Source: a virus (lineage: Duplodnaviria; Caudoviricetes). Taken from it: a DNA stretch of 58,677 nt. A model generated the notes under the pieces. It was not told the DNA's origin and searched no databases. It was given only the letters and a program-made list of their open reading frames with translations. The DNA lies in IMG/VR virus record IMGVR_UViG_3300032295_004333, positions 1-58,677 of that record, one strand, 5' to 3'. A program made the translations under genes and the position numbers. Positions 18,178 to 28,166 of the stretch are shown piece by piece (position 1 is the first letter of the stretch; each line of letters opens with the position of its first letter).

Positions 18178-19167
18178 TTAAGCTCGTTCAGGAGATGGTT
18201 CGGTAAATACAGGTATTGCCGTCATAGTTCGTACATATCGTTGAGCCGCTTCTCTCAAAGCTTGATTTGGTTCATCTGGTGCTCTTTCTATTTCCGCAAC
18301 CATTGGTACTTCTTGTGGTTGGTCTAGTGGTTCAGCAAGTTTCAATTCAAAATCAGGGATACATTCCTTATGTACTTGGTCCTGAATCTCATCCGAACAT
18401 AAGGTTTTGTTTGTCGATTTAGATGAAAATATATTTTTAACAATTGAAAACATATAATTTTCAATTTCTACGTCCAAATAATCAATTCTACTATCATCGG
18501 CATTCCAAAAACTCATTTCTTTATCTTGTAAAGATTTGAAACCCGCAAATTTGTATCCTGTTTTTTTGTTTATGAAATAAACAAGAATACCTTGTCTCCA
18601 ATATCTCTCGAAGTAATTTTTTTCTCTTTGATATGTGGTACACCACCTTGTTCCTGCACCATATTTTGTAGATGATGAAAAGGTAAGAGGTCTCACCGCA
18701 ATCCAAGTTTCATCTTCATATTCTTTTATTACTTGGTTGGCCATTTCTTTCGAAAACTCTTTGATTGAGGCTAAAGTAACCGCACCTCTCATATCATCTA
18801 TAGATGAATAAGATGTAACATCTTTATTTTCAATTTGATTTTTATCCATGTAATAGATAAAATCCCTCAAAGTTGTAAATGTTTCGGAATTGAATCGGTC
18901 CATCATTTGGTGAAACACAAACATTTGACTCTCCGTGAGGTTATCGGTAGAAATACCTTTATCCATAAACTGAGTTTGTAAACTTAACATGATTTGAGAG
19001 TACTCATCAGGGTGATAATGATTTTTCGGATTGTAACTTTTTGCGAAAAGTTTACAAATTAAGGGTAGATACTTGTAGGATTTAGAAGTATCAAATCTCA
19101 ACATTAAGTCGAACACTGTTAAGTTGAGTTCAGGATACTGTTTTTTTAATTCATCTAAACGGGACAT
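18178..19167 (-). CDS. hypothetical phage protein (KYG.GT.WC family)
   Basis: PLTFSSSTKYGAGTRWCT motif shared with 49279-50772. Confidence 0.7.
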   Translation of the reverse strand: MSRLDELKKQYPELNLTVFDLMLRFDTSKSYKYLPLICKLFAKSYNPKNHYHPDEYSQIMLSLQTQFMDKGISTDNLTESQMFVFHQMMDRFNSETFTTLRDFIYYMDKNQIENKDVTSYSSIDDMRGAVTLASIKEFSKEMANQVIKEYEDETWIAVRPLTFSSSTKYGAGTRWCTTYQREKNYFERYWRQGILVYFINKKTGYKFAGFKSLQDKEMSFWNADDSRIDYLDVEIENYMFSIVKNIFSSKSTNKTLCSDEIQDQVHKECIPDFELKLAEPLDQPQEVPMVAEIERAPDEPNQALREAAQRYVRTMTAIPVFTEPSPERA

Positions 19168-19244
19168 AATTATTTTTTTTTAAGGATAAAAGAAATATTC
19201 TTTTGAGTCAAATAAAAAAAGGTGGATAAGTTATCCACCTTTTG

Positions 19245-19331
19245 CGGAGGCTCAGGGATTCGAACCCCAGTTACAGTTTCCCGTAATTCAGTTTTCAAGA
19301 CTGACGCATTCAACCGCTCTGCCAAACCTCC
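19245..19331 (-). tRNA. tRNA-Ser(TGA)
   Basis: Cloverleaf; TCAGT-CTTGAAA-ACTGA anticodon arm; long variable arm; GGTTCGAAT. Confidence 0.95.
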
Positions 19332-19371
19332 AATATTTTTTTATTCCCAACAAAAATACTATATTTGTGGT

Positions 19372-19806
19372 ATGAAAACAATAATTACCATCATATTTTT
19401 ATTTATCACAATCTTCTGTAAAGCACAGACAAGTGATTTCATGTGGGTACCTGACCAGAAGACAATTGTAGTAACATACAACAACGATTTCAACGGAGTG
19501 GGATTCTACATGGGAGGATATCTTTTAACATCCTTTCCCACACCTTACATTTATACAACCCCAGCGAGTAGATTTAACCGTTTGGGTCTTTCTATATCTA
19601 ACCACAGGGTATCTATAATGGCGGGTGGATTTGTTGAGTCTTTCCGTGATAGTATTTCTGTAAAACCAGATATTTGGTTGAAAATATACCCACTAAGGAT
19701 TTTAACTAAAACCGACAGAGGTTTGGATTTTACATTTGGTGTAAATTACATGGAAGGGTTCAGATATGGAGTAGGATTATCAATTCCTTTCCGTGGTATT
19801 TATTAA
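19372..19806 (+). CDS. secreted, probably outer-membrane beta-strand protein
   Basis: Start reassigned after TATATTTG 19360-19367; signal peptide; alternating strands. Confidence 0.6.
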   Translation: MKTIITIIFLFITIFCKAQTSDFMWVPDQKTIVVTYNNDFNGVGFYMGGYLLTSFPTPYIYTTPASRFNRLGLSISNHRVSIMAGGFVESFRDSISVKPDIWLKIYPLRILTKTDRGLDFTFGVNYMEGFRYGVGLSIPFRGIY

Positions 19807-19808
19807 TA

Positions 19809-20801
19809 ATGGATGGAAAAACACTAAAACAAGCCAATAAATTTTTTGATAGAAACTTTATCGAGATATATACAATACTTGATGAAGATGGTGACCGCAC
19901 TATCCCAACAAATGTAAAAGTTGAGTTGACGGGTATTCAAAAATATATCAGTATGGGTGAATGGAAACCCCACGTAAATTTTACTGCTTATATTTTACCT
20001 TCAAATGAAGAGTCTGATATATTTTATTCGGTTTTAAGTGCGTACCACGGGAAAGAATTGGAAATTAAAACATTTGACCATAACCCTTACGCTAGTTTTG
20101 TTTGGGTAATTCAAAAAAAATTATCTGAGATGTTAGAATATTTCTCATTACCTGAGGCGATGTTGACTAAACTAGTTAATGAAGTACCACCAGTGAAATT
20201 AAAAGAAGGGACGATGAACAAAAAACTTTTAAATGAAGACAAGTACGATAGTGTTGTTAGACAACTTGTTAGAGATATTATAACAATATACAAAGAAGGT
20301 AAAGATGGTGAATTTGGTTTACCTGAAGACTTGTATGAAGATAAAGTTGAATATGAATTTCCTCAGTTTGATTCTACCTTTTCAATTTATTTAGAAATAT
20401 CGACAGACGACTCTGTTGATGGTTTTGATGTTGAGGGTGCTTACTATAGAGATGAAGATATGATTTCAGTTGAGATAGTAACAAATCCAAGTTACGGAAC
20501 ACAAATTATTCAGGAACTGGTTGGGGAACTAAATGAAGTTTTAAGACACGAACTTGAACACTTGAAGCAATACGAGCAGGGTTATAAGTTCCCAAGAAAA
20601 GAACCAACAAATCCCGAAAAATACTATACTCAATCCCATGAATTGGACGCCCAAAAGGCAGGATTCAAAAGAAGGTCAAGGGGTGAAAAAATAGATTACG
20701 AAACTATGGTAAGAAGATGGTTTGAAGACAACAGACATAAACACAGAATGACCGACGACCAAGCCGAAAGAGTAATACAAAGACTACTCAAAGAAAAATG
20801 A
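19809..20801 (+). CDS. putative zincin metalloprotease-domain protein
   Basis: LRHELEHLKQ (HExxH) plus downstream HELDA; TATTTAT upstream. Confidence 0.65.
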   Translation: MDGKTLKQANKFFDRNFIEIYTILDEDGDRTIPTNVKVELTGIQKYISMGEWKPHVNFTAYILPSNEESDIFYSVLSAYHGKELEIKTFDHNPYASFVWVIQKKLSEMLEYFSLPEAMLTKLVNEVPPVKLKEGTMNKKLLNEDKYDSVVRQLVRDIITIYKEGKDGEFGLPEDLYEDKVEYEFPQFDSTFSIYLEISTDDSVDGFDVEGAYYRDEDMISVEIVTNPSYGTQIIQELVGELNEVLRHELEHLKQYEQGYKFPRKEPTNPEKYYTQSHELDAQKAGFKRRSRGEKIDYETMVRRWFEDNRHKHRMTDDQAERVIQRLLKEK

Positions 20802-21562
20802 ATCAACAAGAACACATATTAAAATTCCTCAGAAGATATTTTCAAAGTCAAAATTTTGAAAATGGTGGTTTCATTTTTGAATTCATTCATGTTGATATTG
20901 AAAAGGATTTTCAAGCCGCTTTTAGATTTTTAGTTAACGTAGTACTACCAAACCCAAATCAATCTTATTTTGTAGAGGTTTATGATGATATGATTCAAAA
21001 TATTATTAGGGGCGCATATGATTTTTTAGGGGAAACATTTTCATATTCTTTAACAATTACAATTGACGGAAAAGAACTTTTTCCTCAAACCTATGCATAC
21101 GTAAGACCAGAATCCTTAGACATAATTTTACAGGAGAATAATGAACACTTTAACCAAATAGGTATTTCAGTTGATTTTGGTGAAGGTGACGTTCCTTTGA
21201 CTATGGACTGTGAATTAAGTTGGCGTAGAATACCATACGATGGACATGACGATAATTTGAATATATATTTCAATCTCCATTTATTTAATTTCAAGTTAGA
21301 TAATAAAGAAGTTATCCCTAATCCCGAAAAGATGGATATTGTTGCGGGTACTTTACATTCAATATTAATAGATAGAGATTGGTTTACTCCAGTAATTGAA
21401 GAATCAATCTATGAAGAATGCTCACAAGAAATGGGGTTGAATTTAGTTGAAGACGTTTATGTACAAGTCTACATAAGAGTAACTCAACTTGATGGAAAAA
21501 AAGTAAAACAGAGAGACGAGTTTTATAAAATTAAACCTGATGACTTTATTGAAGTCTCTTGA
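20798..21562 (+). CDS. hypothetical protein
   Basis: 254-aa ORF, ATGA overlap. Confidence 0.65.
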   Translation: MNQQEHILKFLRRYFQSQNFENGGFIFEFIHVDIEKDFQAAFRFLVNVVLPNPNQSYFVEVYDDMIQNIIRGAYDFLGETFSYSLTITIDGKELFPQTYAYVRPESLDIILQENNEHFNQIGISVDFGEGDVPLTMDCELSWRRIPYDGHDDNLNIYFNLHLFNFKLDNKEVIPNPEKMDIVAGTLHSILIDRDWFTPVIEESIYEECSQEMGLNLVEDVYVQVYIRVTQLDGKKVKQRDEFYKIKPDDFIEVS

Positions 21563-22169
21563 TTAATTTTTTAAACATAAGAAATAAAATTTCTTTAGAT
21601 AACAACACCACACCTGAAGCAGCTAATCTCTCAGCAATTATAAGGGCTGTTTGTCTTACATCGGACGATGAACTTGCCAATTCTTGAATGTCCCCAATGA
21701 TTGGAATCAGAAATGCGTAAGAAACAATTTCTAATACTTGGCTTGTAATTACTCTGGTAGAACGAAGGAAAGTTGTGAATGCGTCTTTCAATTGATAGGC
21801 TTTCAAAAGTGTTGCATCAAATACTTCTTCGAGACCCTCCTCTTTGATTTTACTCAAAACTTTATTAAGACCTCTTTTCCCTTCAAAAAAAATAAGGAAT
21901 GCAATTCCACTCAAAACAAGATATCTTTCACTCTCACTCAAATTAAAATTTCCTGTTCTAAGAAATTCATTAAGTGGCATTACTAAACCCGCAATTGATG
22001 TTCCCCAAGTTAGAAACATCTTAAGATTTATATCATAAGTTTTGAGAATTTTACTCACCATGTTGTTGGTGAATGATTTCATTCTCTTTAGTGAACCAGA
22101 AAGATTATCATCATTTTTCTGTTCACTCAATATCAGTTGAAGTTGTGATTCTGTGATTAAAAATTCCAT
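21546..22169 (-). CDS. hypothetical membrane-associated/virion protein
   Basis: N-terminal MEFLITESQL motif, hydrophobic segments, TATTTATA upstream. Confidence 0.65.
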   Translation of the reverse strand: MEFLITESQLQLILSEQKNDDNLSGSLKRMKSFTNNMVSKILKTYDINLKMFLTWGTSIAGLVMPLNEFLRTGNFNLSESERYLVLSGIAFLIFFEGKRGLNKVLSKIKEEGLEEVFDATLLKAYQLKDAFTTFLRSTRVITSQVLEIVSYAFLIPIIGDIQELASSSSDVRQTALIIAERLAASGVVLLSKEILFLMFKKLIKRLQ

Positions 22170-22202
22170 ACAAATATAAATACTCTAGTTATATTTATTA
22201 TC

Positions 22203-22832
22203 ATGAAAGGACCCCTGAATCCAGATTTACAAGTTGGAGATATTATCATGTTATTACACATGGAAGGAGAAACAAGTGTAACTCCTGGTACCGTTGGTGT
22301 TGTAAAAAAAATAACTCGAGACCCATTTGAAAGTGAGGATGAAAAAATTATAACAGTCAAGTGGGAAAATGGAAGTACACTAAATCTCATAACTTCCACG
22401 GATGCTTGGAAAAAAGTTTCAAAACCAGAAATCAAGGAACAAAGGGACCCCTCAGACCAAACATGGAGGTATATGTCCGATAATGCAGATATTTTTGAAT
22501 ACTTTGATTGGAAATGGTTGGAAAAGTTCTTGTATAAATTAAGAGATACAGGTATTGTAAACATGTATGGTTCTTCACAATTGTTATATGCTGGTTCTGA
22601 ACATATTGATAGGTATTATGGTGAGGGTAAAGAGGATGATGAGGAATTTCAAGAATTTTTAGAACAGGCGGACGAAGCTAAAAACAAAATCATTCAAGGG
22701 GTTATAAAATACATGAATGCAAACGGAAAAGATTTGGACGATATGAACGCAGTAAATAGATTTGCACGACACTTCTCTCAGAAAATTCTTGGTTTGTATA
22801 TAGCCTTATCTGGATTAGGAAATCGTAATTAA
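22203..22832 (+). CDS. hypothetical protein (SH3-like N-terminal domain; LRDTG.VNM motif)
   Basis: GDII..M.GE..V.PGT.G.V..V.WENGS.L.L..D pattern (DUF4314-like, from recall). Confidence 0.6.
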   Translation: MKGPLNPDLQVGDIIMLLHMEGETSVTPGTVGVVKKITRDPFESEDEKIITVKWENGSTLNLITSTDAWKKVSKPEIKEQRDPSDQTWRYMSDNADIFEYFDWKWLEKFLYKLRDTGIVNMYGSSQLLYAGSEHIDRYYGEGKEDDEEFQEFLEQADEAKNKIIQGVIKYMNANGKDLDDMNAVNRFARHFSQKILGLYIALSGLGNRN

Positions 22833-23926
22833 TTACTTAAAGGAGCTTTTATTGCGGGATGAGAATTGTAATTTGAAAGTTCGATATCCTCGAATTTAAT
22901 CTTATCCCAAGCAACCAAATAACCATCACGGTACTCAAAATCAAATTTAAGTTTTAGGTTCGGTAATTCAAAAGCCTTTCTCTCTATTTGTTGTCTAGCT
23001 TGGTCAAGGTGATTCAGATAAAGATGTGTATCACCCAAGTTACCAATCAAATCCTCAGGAACCATATTTGTTAATTTGCCGAGCAAAGTCAGTAGTAACC
23101 CGTAGGATGCAATGTTGAAGGGCAGACCTAAAAATGTATCAACCGACCTTTGATTCCACATTAAAGAGATTGCTCTTGTTGGAGTTTCAGTGTAATATGG
23201 GTTATCAAACTCAGGTATTATTGCTTCATCATATTCCATACCTGTTTCATAGTTTCGTGTGAACCATTTTGCATATCTTTCACTATAAGTCAATTCCCTT
23301 GTATAAACTTGAAAGCCGTAATGGCACGGAGGTAAAACCATATCATCAATCTCAGCAACGTTCCAAGCAGAAACCATGAGTCTCCTTGAATCTGGTTCCG
23401 TCTTTAGCGTTTGTATGAGTCGCTGAATTTGGTCAAACCAAAGTGAGCCTTTTTTCCCCTCATTACCATAATCCATCCAACCTTGCCATCTTCTCCATTG
23501 TTTACCATAGATTGGCCCCAAGTCGCCCCAATGTTCTGCAAATGTTTTATCAGTTTTTATTTTTGAAATAAATTCCTCTTGAGATAAATTGAAATGTGGG
23601 TGACCAGACATTGCGGTATTCAATTCAAACTCTCTCTTTGTCTGCCTCAAATAGTTTTTATAAGCGTCTCCATCCCAAATATGGCATCCGTTATCAACAA
23701 GATATTTGATATTTGTATCACCATTGAGAAACCATAATAATTCAGTAACTAAAGTTTTCCACGCCATTTTTTTTGTGGTCAGTAGAGGAAATCCTTCGTT
23801 CATGTTGTGACGAATTTGGTATCCAAAAATAGATTTAGTTCCAGTCCCCGTTCTGTCTTTTTTTTCAGTTCCGTTACGAAGAATGTGTAGGAGTAAATCT
23901 TGATATTGTTTGTCTATGGTATTCAT
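22829..23926 (-). CDS. thyA: thymidylate synthase
   Basis: DRTGTGT, FPLLTTKK, ELLWF, LGPIYGKQWR, LPPCH, QRSVDTFLGLPFNIASY, GDTHLY. Confidence 0.97.
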   Translation of the reverse strand: MNTIDKQYQDLLLHILRNGTEKKDRTGTGTKSIFGYQIRHNMNEGFPLLTTKKMAWKTLVTELLWFLNGDTNIKYLVDNGCHIWDGDAYKNYLRQTKREFELNTAMSGHPHFNLSQEEFISKIKTDKTFAEHWGDLGPIYGKQWRRWQGWMDYGNEGKKGSLWFDQIQRLIQTLKTEPDSRRLMVSAWNVAEIDDMVLPPCHYGFQVYTRELTYSERYAKWFTRNYETGMEYDEAIIPEFDNPYYTETPTRAISLMWNQRSVDTFLGLPFNIASYGLLLTLLGKLTNMVPEDLIGNLGDTHLYLNHLDQARQQIERKAFELPNLKLKFDFEYRDGYLVAWDKIKFEDIELSNYNSHPAIKAPLSN

Positions 23927-24144
23927 GATAAAACGATTATTTCACCTGGATTGTGGGCAGGAATGTCGTAGGTGAATTTATGTTTATTTAATATATTAAC
24001 GGTTAGATTTCTCATACGGTATGAATCCCCTGTGATTATTCTGATGGGTAGCTCAGTTGAGTGTAAAAGGACAAAGTTTTCAACCTTGTCCCTTACATCT
24101 CTATGAAAAATACCGTGTAAATCTAATTCTTTCATTTTACCCAT
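23923..24144 (-). CDS. Smr/MutS2-like small domain protein
   Basis: LDLHG..IITG..NPG motifs; start may be at 24135. Confidence 0.75.
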   Translation of the reverse strand: MGKMKELDLHGIFHRDVRDKVENFVLLHSTELPIRIITGDSYRMRNLTVNILNKHKFTYDIPAHNPGEIIVLS

Positions 24145-24290
24145 TCGCTTAATGCTTGTTCATAAGCAGAAACCCTGTCTATTTTAGGGTCTTCTTGCAT
24201 AATTTTTCTTGCGGTTTCTATAACTTCACTTAATAAACCATATTTCCCCGCTTCATATAGAATTTCTTCAATTATTTGTTCATTAGTCAC
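24132..24290 (-). CDS. small hypothetical protein (not in the ORF track)
   Basis: GTG start, 52 aa (MTNEQIIEEILYEAG...EWVK); fills the gap in the operon. Confidence 0.55.
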   Translation of the reverse strand: MTNEQIIEEILYEAGKYGLLSEVIETARKIMQEDPKIDRVSAYEQALSEWVK

Positions 24291-24292
24291 AC

Positions 24293-24496
24293 TCATTTTG
24301 AATTGTTTTGATTTTCAAATTCTTCAATTAAATAACTTATGTTATCAGTTAGATGGTCGTTTTTTTTCAACCATTCTAAAACATCATCAATACCTAATCT
24401 ATATGATTGGTGCATACAACTCATGATAGCTCTTTCACTCAAAAAAGAACTATGAGGAATAGTATTTTCAAATATTTCAGAAAGTCTGCTGTCCAT
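24293..24496 (-). CDS. hypothetical protein
   Basis: 67-aa ORF within the operon. Confidence 0.55.
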   Translation of the reverse strand: MDSRLSEIFENTIPHSSFLSERAIMSCMHQSYRLGIDDVLEWLKKNDHLTDNISYLIEEFENQNNSK

Positions 24497-24499
24497 TGT

Positions 24500-24712
24500 T
24501 TATTTTTTAATTAACATGTTTGTGTTTGAGATAGGGAGACGTAGAACAGGAATTTGTTTTTCAAGTTCATCGGATTGTCTTACTTCATAAAATCCTTCCA
24601 TAATTTTGACGGTTGGAATTTGACTCATTTCAAGGATTGTTTCACCACTTGCGTTTGGACCTTCGAAAAGCTTGATTGTTTTTGTAGTTGTGTTGAATAG
24701 TAATGTTTGCAT
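24500..24712 (-). CDS. hypothetical protein
   Basis: 70-aa ORF after the TATCTTTG promoter at 24732-24739. Confidence 0.6.
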   Translation of the reverse strand: MQTLLFNTTTKTIKLFEGPNASGETILEMSQIPTVKIMEGFYEVRQSDELEKQIPVLRLPISNTNMLIKK

Positions 24713-24911
24713 GATTTAATTGTTTAGAATACAAAGATATAAAAAAATGGCATAAAAAAAACAGGTTTGTTCGTCGGGCGATAAGTAAATTACCAAGATA
24801 CTGTATCAAAAGGAGTGAACTAAACCTGTTTGAATAAAGTTAGTTGTTGTTTAGTTTATAGTAAAATGAAAAATTTAAAAATTTATGGGTATTTATAGAA
24901 AATAATTCTTT

Positions 24912-26132
24912 ATGAACGCATACTTTGCTGCAAATAGATTGAGCCAAGACGAGAAGAATGATATCTTGTCTCAACACAGAACACTTTATGATGGGTACAG
25001 AACCCTTCAACCCCATGTTCCGAGTGAACAACCATTATATGTACAGGACTTTGCAAAAGACAAAGTTGGTGCGGTTTTGAATAACAAAGGGACTGTTAAG
25101 GCTTACACAAACGTTGGTATTAACGAACAGAAAGAACAAAAAGAAGTTTGTGATGAGTGCGGAGCGATGCAAATGAGTGAAGGTGAATGTATGGAATGTG
25201 GTTGGAAAGGAGAAGTTGGTGCAATGGAAGAATCAGAAAAGATGATGTGTGAGTGTGGAGGAGAAATGAGAGAGGGTGAATGTATGGAATGTGGTTATAA
25301 AATGGAAGAATTGGACGAATCAGGTCATTTAAGTGATATCTACAACGTTGAAGACTTGGGAGACGCTGAATTTGATTACGTTCAAGGTGGTGGAAACAAG
25401 TACGGAACATTTGAAAAAATGCACCACATGAAAGGAATAAAAAATGAACAAGTTGAAGACGAATATATTGATAATTTTGAAGACCCAGACAACGAAGATG
25501 ATGAAGTCGTGGGAACAGACGACTTGGAAATCGATTCAAGTGAAATGTATGAACAAGGGTATACAGGTGGTGGAAATGCTCCTGATATGGATATCAGTAA
25601 CATTAAACCTGCCTATGACTTCGTTAGTGATGGACCAATGGAAGTTTATCCTGAAGGAGAAATGGAAGAAGATGACTGCTTAGATTGTGATGAGGAAACA
25701 GAATATGAAACGATGGAATCTGCTTGGTCAGAAGATATGGAAGAACAAAATGATATTTCAGGAGTTCAAGGGATATATGGGGCAATGAAACCACCTTATG
25801 ATTTTGATAGTGAAGGACCTGGTAAAGCGGGACCGTATCAACGTTCATCTTATAATGAAGGTGCATATGTTATTGGGTCTGACGGTGAACCAAGAGGTAT
25901 GAAAAAAGGTGAAAAACTTAGTGCTTTTTCATTAGAAGATTTTGGTGATGACTTTGAAGAAGATGAGTTGAAAGTAGACTTTGGTGATTTTGACCCAAGA
26001 GACAAATCATGGGAAGAAATTAAGGCTCACACAGGTGATTGGGAAGAAATAGACGAAGATTTACAAGAATCGTTTCAAATCCAAAAAAATAAGATTACCG
26101 AGATGATGATTAGAATGAAGGTTATAAAATAA
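24912..26132 (+). CDS. very acidic protein with CxxC repeats, possibly a prohead core/scaffold protein
   Basis: E/D-rich; EGECMECG occurs twice; PxYDFxSxGP occurs twice; TATTTATA at 24890-24897. Confidence 0.6.
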   Translation: MNAYFAANRLSQDEKNDILSQHRTLYDGYRTLQPHVPSEQPLYVQDFAKDKVGAVLNNKGTVKAYTNVGINEQKEQKEVCDECGAMQMSEGECMECGWKGEVGAMEESEKMMCECGGEMREGECMECGYKMEELDESGHLSDIYNVEDLGDAEFDYVQGGGNKYGTFEKMHHMKGIKNEQVEDEYIDNFEDPDNEDDEVVGTDDLEIDSSEMYEQGYTGGGNAPDMDISNIKPAYDFVSDGPMEVYPEGEMEEDDCLDCDEETEYETMESAWSEDMEEQNDISGVQGIYGAMKPPYDFDSEGPGKAGPYQRSSYNEGAYVIGSDGEPRGMKKGEKLSAFSLEDFGDDFEEDELKVDFGDFDPRDKSWEEIKAHTGDWEEIDEDLQESFQIQKNKITEMMIRMKVIK

Positions 26133-26143
26133 CTAAAAACCCC

Positions 26144-27100
26144 TCAAAAAGAGGGGTTTTTTATTTCAAGGTATTTTAATTTTACCTTTCGTTTTTTATC
26201 ATAATGGACTTCTATTTCATCTTCATCTTGGCAATCAAAATTTGAAAGGACTCTTGAAATTTCATTGAACTTGTATTGTTCTTTAAACTCATTTATAGTA
26301 TTCCCATATAAAATATGTTTAGGTTGATAAATTTCCATAAAGTGTAAGTTTTTGGACAAATCAATAGAAGTATTTTCAGGAAAACTATCTTTGAATTTTA
26401 TTTGAAAAATATGGTCTCCATACACTTGACCCCTTTTTTCGTCAAAAACAAATACAAATTTTCTGAAATTCCTTTCAAATTTATATTCCACATCTTTTTT
26501 AGAACTTGGACAGTAGTAATATGTGGGAAGCGGTTGTGGCGTTTTTCTATAGTTCAATATTTTGTAACCGTTCTGAATTATCACATCATTACAAATCATT
26601 TTATTTTTCAAATCGAAAATTGAGTATAAAAAAACTTTTTTGTTTTTTAATATATGACTGAAATTTACCAATATGGGACCTACTTCCGAAAATTTTCTCT
26701 TTCTACTAAAGTCGCATTCAAATACATCGGATTTTAGAATTTGGACTTCTTTAATCTTGATATCATTTTCAATAAAGGACTTAACATTTGGGATTTCGTT
26801 ACTATAAGAAAAAAAGATTAAATCCTCGAAGGAAGAATATAACCCTTTAATAGTGTCCAAAATCAAATTCGATGTAATTCCAATATCGATTGTAGTCGAA
26901 TCAAAAATGTCTGAAAGAACAAAAGTTTTAATTTTGTGGTTGATAACACCGTAATACCTTTCAATGTTTTTCAAATTTTCTTCAGTACCGAATATCAAAA
27001 AGTAATCGATATAATTATAAATTTCCTTGAACCTTAATTCAAAAATTTCTTCGTTTTCTGTTATGAAAACAACATCAAATACTAATTTTTTTTGAGCCAT
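26144..27100 (-). CDS. degenerate glycosyltransferase family 17-like protein
   Basis: N-terminal NEEIFELRFKEIYNYIDYFLI resembles the GT17 N-terminus; DxD is not evident. Confidence 0.45.
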   Translation of the reverse strand: MAQKKLVFDVVFITENEEIFELRFKEIYNYIDYFLIFGTEENLKNIERYYGVINHKIKTFVLSDIFDSTTIDIGITSNLILDTIKGLYSSFEDLIFFSYSNEIPNVKSFIENDIKIKEVQILKSDVFECDFSRKRKFSEVGPILVNFSHILKNKKVFLYSIFDLKNKMICNDVIIQNGYKILNYRKTPQPLPTYYYCPSSKKDVEYKFERNFRKFVFVFDEKRGQVYGDHIFQIKFKDSFPENTSIDLSKNLHFMEIYQPKHILYGNTINEFKEQYKFNEISRVLSNFDCQDEDEIEVHYDKKRKVKLKYLEIKNPSF

Positions 27101-27154
27101 ACTATTGAAAATATAGGAAAACAAAGTTAAACTTGAAGTATATAAAAATATATC

Positions 27155-27754
27155 ATGGCAAGTAACAATAAGTTCGTATCAAATCAAAGAAATAATGTAA
27201 ATCATTTTAACTATTATTATTTCACAAATGTTTTCACCGACCAAGAAATAGAACAAATAATTGAGTTTGGTGAATCTCAACCCAAAATAAAGGCAACAAC
27301 GGTTGGTGAGGATGTCTCTCAACAAGTTTCGGAGTATAGAGTAAGTGATATCGCATGGTTATCGAATAATCCAAAAACAAAATGGGTTTATGATAGAATT
27401 TCGGATTTGGCTATTAAGGCTAACAATGAAATGTGGAATTTTGATATATGGGACTTCCAAGATGATTTACAGTATACTTCATATTATGGTAATGGTGGTC
27501 ATTACGACTGGCACGCAGATTTAGGTGTAGGAATTTCAAATAGAAAACTTTCAATTGTTCTACAATTATCTAATGCTGACGAATATGAAGGTGGAGAGTT
27601 ACAAATGAATACTGGCGGAACAATTCTGAATGTTCCAAAGGAAAAAGGATTAATTTGTTTTTTCCCTTCTTTTGTTTTACATAGAGTAACCCCTTTATCA
27701 TCAGGTCTTAGAAGGTCACTCGTAACTTGGTTATGTGGAGCTAATTTAAGATGA
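27155..27754 (+). CDS. 2OG-Fe(II) oxygenase (PKHD/prolyl-hydroxylase-like)
   Basis: YDWHAD, RKLS, YEGGEL, FPSFVLHRVTP, RRSLV. Confidence 0.9.
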   Translation: MASNNKFVSNQRNNVNHFNYYYFTNVFTDQEIEQIIEFGESQPKIKATTVGEDVSQQVSEYRVSDIAWLSNNPKTKWVYDRISDLAIKANNEMWNFDIWDFQDDLQYTSYYGNGGHYDWHADLGVGISNRKLSIVLQLSNADEYEGGELQMNTGGTILNVPKEKGLICFFPSFVLHRVTPLSSGLRRSLVTWLCGANLR

Positions 27755-28164
27755 TTTATCATGAGCATATAACGGTTAAAGATTACAGAAGAGTCGGTTC
27801 ATCAAATCAATACTGGTTGTGGTATTTTACACCGAGCAAAATAATTACCGAACAGCAAATTCAACCAATTGAAAGTCCTACAGATGAGGGTGGATTCCAC
27901 CCCTTCCGAGATTTGGTTGAACTGATTCAGATACCTGTTTTCGAATCAAAAACTAAAGATTCAATAGATTTTTTAATATCGTTGGACCCTTATCTAATTA
28001 CAAAAAATTTATATCAAAAAAATGAATTCACCCCTGTAATTATTGGATTCAACAACATGAGACTTGTTAGTTCAACACACCACCCAAAAAAGTGTTTGTG
28101 TGTCGAGGGACTAATTGATATTATTGCTGAAATGAACGTTGATTTATTGAAAAATCTGATATAA
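27751..28164 (+). CDS. hypothetical protein
   Basis: 137-aa ORF, ATGA overlap. Confidence 0.55.
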   Translation: MIYHEHITVKDYRRVGSSNQYWLWYFTPSKIITEQQIQPIESPTDEGGFHPFRDLVELIQIPVFESKTKDSIDFLISLDPYLITKNLYQKNEFTPVIIGFNNMRLVSSTHHPKKCLCVEGLIDIIAEMNVDLLKNLI

Positions 28165-28166
28165 AA

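Noticed and set aside
22829-23926. thyA as a dCMP hydroxymethylase, or interrupted by an intron or intein
   Set aside because: It keeps the dUMP-specific PFN Asn; the insertions are short, in frame and lack intein or intron motifs.
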